Source of the DNA: a virus
Virus record (IMG/VR): IMGVR_UViG_3300020419_000004
Reading direction: 5' to 3' (one strand)
Length of the DNA stretch: 64,000 bases
Under the pieces are notes generated by a model. That model had not been told where the DNA came from. It made no database searches and was given only the letters and a program-made list of their open reading frames with translations. Below, one piece after another: positions 17,274 to 22,000 of this stretch; the stretch's first letter is position 1; each line of letters opens with the position of its first letter. Position numbers and translations under genes: made by a program.

Positions 17274-17588
17274 ATGCAAACCCACTCAATCACCCTAGGA
17301 ATGAATATTGGATCCGAGGGAAGAGTAACGAATCAGATGTGGTTGCAATTCCTAACCGATGAGATTTGCTCCATGCTCGACTATGCCACAATCACCGATG
17401 CAATCGGAATTTATAAAGGCACCGTTGAGAATTCAAAAATCATTTCAGTGACTGTTGACGAACGTACAACACGCGGTAACTCAATCATTGAATCATTACA
17501 AGAGGTCGGACAGACCTACAAAAAACAGTTCAGGCAAGAAGCAATCTTGTATACATGCACGGAGGTCCCCACGCTCACCTTCGCGTAA
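17274..17588 (+). CDS. DUF3574-like / candidate SAM lyase
   Basis: GIYKGTVENSKII and YKKQFRQEAILY motifs; probable start at ATG 17274. Confidence 0.5.
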   Translation: MQTHSITLGMNIGSEGRVTNQMWLQFLTDEICSMLDYATITDAIGIYKGTVENSKIISVTVDERTTRGNSIIESLQEVGQTYKKQFRQEAILYTCTEVPTLTFA

Positions 17589-17663
17589 TTATGCCGAACC
17601 CTTACGGGTGATCCTACTCACCTTTGCCCTATTATTTGAATCCTAAGCAGCTTGAATCCTTAT

Positions 17664-17723
17664 GTTACAGATTGTTTCAATTCTCTATCTTTCACTACTC
17701 ATCATACACTTACCGAGTATAAT
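17664..17723 (+). promoter_or_regulatory. Promoter with HLR1-like tandem repeat
   Basis: GTTACAGA-TT-GTTTCAAT (17664-17681); TATAAT at 17718-17723. Confidence 0.6.
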
Positions 17724-17729
17724 AGTAGT

Positions 17730-17891
17730 ATGAACAAACTTCAAACACATTTCAACGGTGCAGTACTCATGAACGAGACAGCAACCAAAGACAAAGCAGT
17801 AATGGCAGCATTAACAGCAATGTCGAAACGCAACTTTGAACCACAGGAAATCAATCGCTATGGCATATGGTACATAAGCGATAGGCACTAA
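17730..17891 (+). CDS. Small hypothetical protein, probably leaderless
   Basis: ATG 7 nt downstream of TATAAT; 53 aa MNKLQTHFNGAVLMNE... Confidence 0.7.
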   Translation: MNKLQTHFNGAVLMNETATKDKAVMAALTAMSKRNFEPQEINRYGIWYISDRH

Positions 17892-17897
17892 GTGCCT

Positions 17898-18116
17898 TGG
17901 GCATTGATTGGGCATGGTGAGAGTCCATGCATAAAGGAGATCAATCTATGTAAGTCCCATTCCACTAGGCAGTAAGAACCTTAAATGACCGTGTATTGAA
18001 CATGGTGGTTGTAACGTAAGTCCTATCCCACAGTCAGGCAAGCGTGACCTCATTCCTCTAAGTCTAAAGACTCGCGAGACGGAGGTGGTACAGGTCTTTA
18101 ATTTGAAGCTCTGACT
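17898..18116 (+). ncRNA. Putative structured non-coding RNA, three tandem bulged-stem units
   Basis: Closing stems TGGG/CCCA, TAGG/CCTA and AGTCAGG/TCTGACT with a shared G(T)AAG(T/C) bulge, joined by TTCCAC and TCCCAC linkers; no ORF. Confidence 0.6.
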
Positions 18117-18155
18117 CTATTCTAGCACGAAGGATGTTGGTTCGGCCACAGGCGA

Positions 18156-18213
18156 GTGCCAGTTTACAAAGTGTCCACTGAGTCATGACTCGGTGGGCAT
18201 TTTCTTTTATAAT
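18156..18213 (+). promoter_or_regulatory. Early promoter with upstream motif and palindrome over the -35
   Basis: GTGCCAGT-N9-GTCCACT (18156-18179); perfect palindrome GAGTCATGACTC (18180-18191); ATGACT N17 TATAAT (18208-18213). Confidence 0.75.
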
Positions 18214-18240
18214 AGAATCAAACAAACAAAGGTTTACTAA

Positions 18241-18495
18241 ATGCTAAATCAAACTTCACTCAACCTCACCGATCTCCCAAAGAAGGACTATAACGGTTGG
18301 TCAGACTGGACTACATGGAATTGTGCCTTATGGGTTGGAGGTGACGAAGGACTCTATAACCTCGCTAAGGACTGCGAGTCATGGTTCGACTTCATCATAT
18401 GCATGCAAGATATGGGCATGAACCAGACTCCAGATGGTGCAAAGTGGACAGAAGCAGACTATGACGAGATGATGGAGATGATGGATGAATTGTAA
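18241..18495 (+). CDS. Hypothetical phage protein (YNGW family)
   Basis: YNGWSDWTTWNCALW...DEGLY motif. Confidence 0.75.
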   Translation: MLNQTSLNLTDLPKKDYNGWSDWTTWNCALWVGGDEGLYNLAKDCESWFDFIICMQDMGMNQTPDGAKWTEADYDEMMEMMDEL

Positions 18496-18552
18496 ATCTT
18501 TGTTACAACACCTCGTCATTACTATAGACGAGGTATTCATCAATGCTATAAT
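18492..18552 (+). promoter_or_regulatory. Extended -10 promoter with GTTACA upstream motif
   Basis: TGnTATAAT (18544-18552); GTAAATCT-TT-GTTACAAC at 18492-18509. Confidence 0.55.
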
Positions 18553-18580
18553 TAGAACATACACATCATCACTTGAACAA

Positions 18581-18769
18581 ATGAACAAAACTACTTGGGC
18601 AGTTCAACCTACATCATGGGGAAACGATTTAAGATCATGGGCAGATCATTGTGCTACATGGGAACAAGTCGAAGACATGGCATTAGACATGGCAGAGGAA
18701 ATGATGGAGGAAATGACAATTTTCAAAGTCGGATCAGTAAGCGAGTTTAAATGGGCGACTAGGGGTTAA
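18581..18769 (+). CDS. Hypothetical acidic protein
   Basis: Probable start at ATG 18581; 62 aa. Confidence 0.65.
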   Translation: MNKTTWAVQPTSWGNDLRSWADHCATWEQVEDMALDMAEEMMEEMTIFKVGSVSEFKWATRG

Positions 18770-18823
18770 CGCACCCCGTCGAACTATTAGACGACTAATT
18801 ATTCACCTTTTCTATTACAATCA

Positions 18824-18946
18824 ATGACGCGACTCATCATTTTAACTTTGGCAATCTTTTGCATAGGACAAAACACATTTGCTCGAACGCAATTATCAAA
18901 CGTGTTAGACTTAACAAGTGATGTAATTAGACCTAGTTCATACTAG
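18824..18946 (+). CDS. Small protein with hydrophobic N-terminus
   Basis: MTRLIILTLAIFCIGQNTFA..., 40 aa, ending inside the terminator. Confidence 0.45.
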   Translation: MTRLIILTLAIFCIGQNTFARTQLSNVLDLTSDVIRPSSY

Positions 18947-18956
18947 GTCTTTTTTT
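18929..18956 (+). terminator. Intrinsic terminator
   Basis: AGACCTAGT-TCAT-ACTAGGTCT followed by a T run. Confidence 0.85.
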
Positions 18957-19057
18957 ATACCCCGTCGAATATACAGGGCGGGCTATATATCGCTATATGT
19001 GGGTATATAATACACATATATGAGATTAATTTGTTTTGTTATATCAGCTCATATATT

Positions 19058-19180
19058 ATATACTATACACATATACTATTATACTCATATACTATACACA
19101 CATATAATATACTATGACACATATATAACTGTCACATATACTATACTATAGTCAATATACTATACTATAATAATACTATA
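19058..19180. repeat. AT-rich short direct repeats (ATATACTAT x6)
   Basis: Exact copies at 19058, 19071, 19087, 19107, 19136 and 19155, plus degenerate ones. Confidence 0.8.
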
Positions 19181-19196
19181 CACATATATCACACGT

Positions 19197-19349
19197 ATGA
19201 ATTCACTATCTAATGACACATATGAGTCACTACTCAATGACAAGTTTATTAAAGAACACTTCACAGTAATAACATATGGATCACTAGAAGAGGAACGCGA
19301 AGACTTAGGGTATTGCCCTTGCTGTTGCTCACCACCTGAGGAAGAGTAG
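19197..19349 (+). CDS. Small Cys-cluster peptide (not in ORF track)
   Basis: 50 aa ending GYCPCCCSPPEEE. Confidence 0.45.
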   Translation: MNSLSNDTYESLLNDKFIKEHFTVITYGSLEEEREDLGYCPCCCSPPEEE

Positions 19350-19361
19350 CACTCAGGCAGT

Positions 19362-19394
19362 ACCGCCCCCCCGTCGCGGTTTTGCCCCCCGCCC
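19362..19394. other. G/C-run element (hairpin on plus strand, G-quadruplex-capable minus strand)
   Basis: ACCGC-C6-GTC-GCGGT-TTT-G-C6-GCCC in an AT-rich genome. Confidence 0.6.
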
Positions 19395-19489
19395 TAGCTT
19401 AACTTTCTATATAAGTCTAACCTACAAAGTCTTGCATGAGCGAGCGTGATATAAAATAAAAAATTTTCCCAAAATTGCCCAGACCCCCA

Positions 19490-19669
19490 ATGAAAACTTT
19501 CGATGTAGAAACCACAGTAACCTATAAGCAGTGGATCAGAGTGGATGCCGATAGTGAGTATGCTGCTCAGAAACGTGTCAATGATATGGCATGGGACGTA
19601 ACCGCAATCCAGTATCAGACGATGGAGAGTGCGAATGCCACAGGAACGGTTAGAGAGTGCCCAAACTAA
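19490..19669 (+). CDS. Hypothetical protein
   Basis: Probable start at ATG 19490; MKTFDVETTVTYKQWIRVDADSE. Confidence 0.65.
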   Translation: MKTFDVETTVTYKQWIRVDADSEYAAQKRVNDMAWDVTAIQYQTMESANATGTVRECPN

Positions 19670-20103
19670 TATACTCGGATGACGTAGCAAACGTTTATCT
19701 AACTGAAGATGTCAAAGCTGCCCTAAGAGATTTTCTTGGCAGATACCCTCTGAATTGCAAAGAGAGCATCCAACTACACTGGAACAAATCTGACACCGCA
19801 CACTACGCTGTAGTAGCAGTGGGTTTCAGAGAACTTGGAGTAGATATTGAGTACATGAGAGATAGAAGGTTCGGAGATATATCTCGAAGATACTTTCATA
19901 AGGATGAAGAGACAGTCAATATCAACATCTTCTATGAACTATGGTGTAAGAAAGAAGCATACACCAAGTGGAAGAAAGGTAAGATATCTCAGTATATGTC
20001 TCAGAAGATAGACAAGGATGTGTCTCAACTTGTACCACAATCGAGGTATTCTCTGATAGAACTAGAGTTACCTGATAATCTCAAAGGATATCTCTGCTAT
20101 TGA
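19657..20103 (+). CDS. 4'-phosphopantetheinyl transferase (compact Sfp/AcpS superfamily)
   Basis: LGVDIEY (GxDxE) and FYELWCKKEAYTK (WxxKEAxxK) signature motifs. Confidence 0.85.
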   Translation: MPKLIYSDDVANVYLTEDVKAALRDFLGRYPLNCKESIQLHWNKSDTAHYAVVAVGFRELGVDIEYMRDRRFGDISRRYFHKDEETVNINIFYELWCKKEAYTKWKKGKISQYMSQKIDKDVSQLVPQSRYSLIELELPDNLKGYLCY

Positions 20104-20128
20104 CATTGTGTTCAAACTCAGATATAAT
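20100..20128 (+). promoter_or_regulatory. Consensus sigma70 promoter
   Basis: TTGACA (20100-20105) N17 TATAAT (20123-20128). Confidence 0.8.
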
Positions 20129-20154
20129 AAATAAAACATCTACACTCCTTGCCA

Positions 20155-20331
20155 ATGCAATACGTCTTGTACAACGAACATCTAGACCAAGTAGGTACTT
20201 ACAGTAGTATCTACGATTTACGTAAGTTTCTCTGTGATCGAAAGTATGAGATAGACTGTGACAAGGACATAGGGGATACATTTGATTATATCAAACATAT
20301 CAAGTGGACATTCGACATCAAACAAAATTAA
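20155..20331 (+). CDS. Hypothetical cyanophage protein
   Basis: Probable start at ATG 20155; TAATG overlap with the next gene. Confidence 0.7.
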   Translation: MQYVLYNEHLDQVGTYSSIYDLRKFLCDRKYEIDCDKDIGDTFDYIKHIKWTFDIKQN

Positions 20332-20543
20332 TGGCATTATCAAACGAAGAACTTCTCGGTCGGATTGAGGCACTCGAAGCAAAGGTGAGACAATCTCGAC
20401 TAATGATGAAGAGACCTGGTCATGATGAATATGAGAGACTTGTCGATGTTGTATGCGACCATGAAACCAGATTAGCAAGAGAGGAAGAGGAACTTCAGAA
20501 GTGTTCTGAGAGTGTCTCTGAGCTTGAAGATGCGAACTGGTAA
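20331..20543 (+). CDS. Coiled-coil hypothetical protein
   Basis: Probable start at ATG 20331; heptad-rich. Confidence 0.7.
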   Translation: MALSNEELLGRIEALEAKVRQSRLMMKRPGHDEYERLVDVVCDHETRLAREEEELQKCSESVSELEDANW

Positions 20544-20589
20544 AAAATCGCGAATCCTAACCAAAGGGCAAAAATCGCGTCGTGTATCT

Positions 20590-20596
20590 CTAAATA
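20590..20596 (+). promoter_or_regulatory. T4-type late promoter variant
   Basis: CTAAATA about 20 nt upstream of ORF 20617. Confidence 0.6.
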
Positions 20597-20616
20597 AACT
20601 CAAGTAAGTAACAACC

Positions 20617-20832
20617 ATGTTAGGACTGGAATCACTCGAAGGAGAGTTCGTTATCAAAAAGGATGGTCAACTCATAAGGCATACGAAAGCCAGAGACCTA
20701 CCTGCTAGTTTCGACCATCTAATAAAGTTTTGCCCTACCCCTCCCGAACCTCCACATAGTGTGAATGATCATACAGAAATGAGTCGGTATACGGAATACT
20801 TGCAGGAATTAATGACAAGAGAAACTAAATGA
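20617..20832 (+). CDS. Hypothetical protein preceding PAAR gene
   Basis: 71 aa; FDHLIKFCP...PPH...H.EM motif. Confidence 0.7.
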   Translation: MLGLESLEGEFVIKKDGQLIRHTKARDLPASFDHLIKFCPTPPEPPHSVNDHTEMSRYTEYLQELMTRETK

Positions 20833-21026
20833 CAGAATACGATTTCTGGTTCGACGAAGAAATACCAAAGGCACAGTACGGAAGTCTCCAATGTTGGATA
20901 TCAAATGAGAAGACGCAACCATGGTCAACTGCATACGATATGACAATACATAGTATTATGTACGAGATAGCGTCAAAGAACGGATTAATATTAGGAGGGA
21001 GCGAATGCCAGCAGTCACCCGTATAG
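20829..21026 (+). CDS. Hypothetical protein
   Basis: ATGA overlap. Confidence 0.65.
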   Translation: MTEYDFWFDEEIPKAQYGSLQCWISNEKTQPWSTAYDMTIHSIMYEIASKNGLILGGSECQQSPV

Positions 21027-21292
21027 GAGATGCAGACACACCTCATTGTTCTGGAATGTCCAGAGCACAGGGTTCGTCTAATGTGTTTTGCAATGGTATA
21101 GGTATCTCTCGTCAAGGAGATAACAATACTGTTCACCTTAAACCTCCTGCAGCACCTGTATGTCCTCCTCATTCAGCATCAATAGCTACAGGAAGTACAA
21201 CTGTCTTTGTAAATGGCAAAGGATGTGGTAGAGTAGGAGATGCAACATGTACTAGCGTCGCTGCTGGTTCATCAAACGTATTCGCAGGTTAA
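21005..21292 (+). CDS. gp5.4: PAAR-repeat spike tip protein
   Basis: MPAVTRIGD, VFCNG...RQGD, VFVNGKGCGRVGD and SSNVFAG motifs, with His/Cys metal ligands. Confidence 0.92.
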   Translation: MPAVTRIGDADTPHCSGMSRAQGSSNVFCNGIGISRQGDNNTVHLKPPAAPVCPPHSASIATGSTTVFVNGKGCGRVGDATCTSVAAGSSNVFAG

Positions 21293-21294
21293 TT

Positions 21295-21435
21295 ATGGCA
21301 ACAAGATATGCAATGGGTCTTCCCTCTATTGAGCAGCACCCAAAGAAGACAAGACAAGGTAAAGGATCACATACCAAGTATTCTGCTACCTCTAGAAATA
21401 AAGCAAGGAAGAGATACCGTGGCCAAGGCAAATAG
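21295..21435 (+). CDS. Small basic protein (not in ORF track)
   Basis: MATRYAMGLPSIEQHPKKTRQGKGSHTKYSATSRNKARKRYRGQGK. Confidence 0.7.
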   Translation: MATRYAMGLPSIEQHPKKTRQGKGSHTKYSATSRNKARKRYRGQGK

Positions 21436-21580
21436 AATTAAAGACGGTGGAAGGAACGCTAACATTCCTGTGGATATGAGTGATCATTTTTACGATCATG
21501 GTAACGAATATTGTAGATATTTGATCACAGATCCTAGGTCTGATAGGGCAGGTAAAAAAAAGTCACAAAAAGAAGTATAA
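21419..21580 (+). CDS. Small hypothetical protein
   Basis: Probable GTG start at 21419 (the track starts it at 21308); NIPVDMSDHFYD...CRYLITD. Confidence 0.6.
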   Translation: MAKANRIKDGGRNANIPVDMSDHFYDHGNEYCRYLITDPRSDRAGKKKSQKEV

Positions 21581-21583
21581 ATA
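21576..21583 (+). promoter_or_regulatory. T4-type late promoter
   Basis: Exact TATAAATA upstream of gp25. Confidence 0.8.
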
Positions 21584-21610
21584 TACCTGAGGTTAATAAT
21601 AGGCTAACAG

Positions 21611-22000
21611 TTGGCATTAATATCGAAGTCATTTCGTGACTTCTCGTTGACTTTTGAAAAGAACGCAGTGACAAACGATGTATTGGCACTGAACAATGAA
21701 GCAGCCATTAAGGAATCAGTAAAGAATATTGTACTCTACAACTTCTACGAGAAACCTTTTGACCCAGCATTCGGTGGTAATATCATCGGATTGCTTTTTG
21801 AAAATTTTACACCAAACGACGCACAGAAGATTAAGAGACGACTTAAGCAATGCATAGGAACTCATGAACCCAGAGTGGCGGTATATGAGATAAAGGCAAC
21901 TTGGACTGAGGATCGTAATCAATTAGATGTAAGTGTAGCATACGTTATTATGGGTTTACCACCAACTTTTGATTCCATTGACGTAGCATTTAAACCATAA
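21611..22000 (+). CDS. gp25: Baseplate wedge subunit gp25
   Basis: KESVKNIV...EKPFDPAFG...HEPRV motif; position before gp6. Confidence 0.92.
   Translation: MALISKSFRDFSLTFEKNAVTNDVLALNNEAAIKESVKNIVLYNFYEKPFDPAFGGNIIGLLFENFTPNDAQKIKRRLKQCIGTHEPRVAVYEIKATWTEDRNQLDVSVAYVIMGLPPTFDSIDVAFKP

Noticed and set aside
18040-18140. Glutamine (glnA / downstream-peptide) riboswitch resemblance (GACGGAGGT ... GAAGGA)
   Set aside because: Lacks the CGTT...AACG P1 helix and the GGAAGTA core; still worth a cmscan.
18491-18507. NtcA box
   Set aside because: Spacing is GTA-N9-TAC, not GTA-N8-TAC; fits the tandem GTTACA class better.
19020-19151. 43-aa Y/I/T/H-rich ORF across the AT repeats
   Set aside because: Composition simply mirrors the ATATACTAT repeats; no RBS.
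17898-19180. CRISPR array interpretation of the RNA units or the AT repeats
   Set aside because: No identical 25-45 nt repeats with regular unique spacers, and no cas genes.
19394-19690. 98-aa minus-strand ORF
   Set aside because: Overlaps two plausible plus-strand genes and has no motif.
20304-20543. Acyl carrier protein partner for the PPTase
   Set aside because: Size fits, but it has no DSL/DSI serine motif and looks like a coiled coil.
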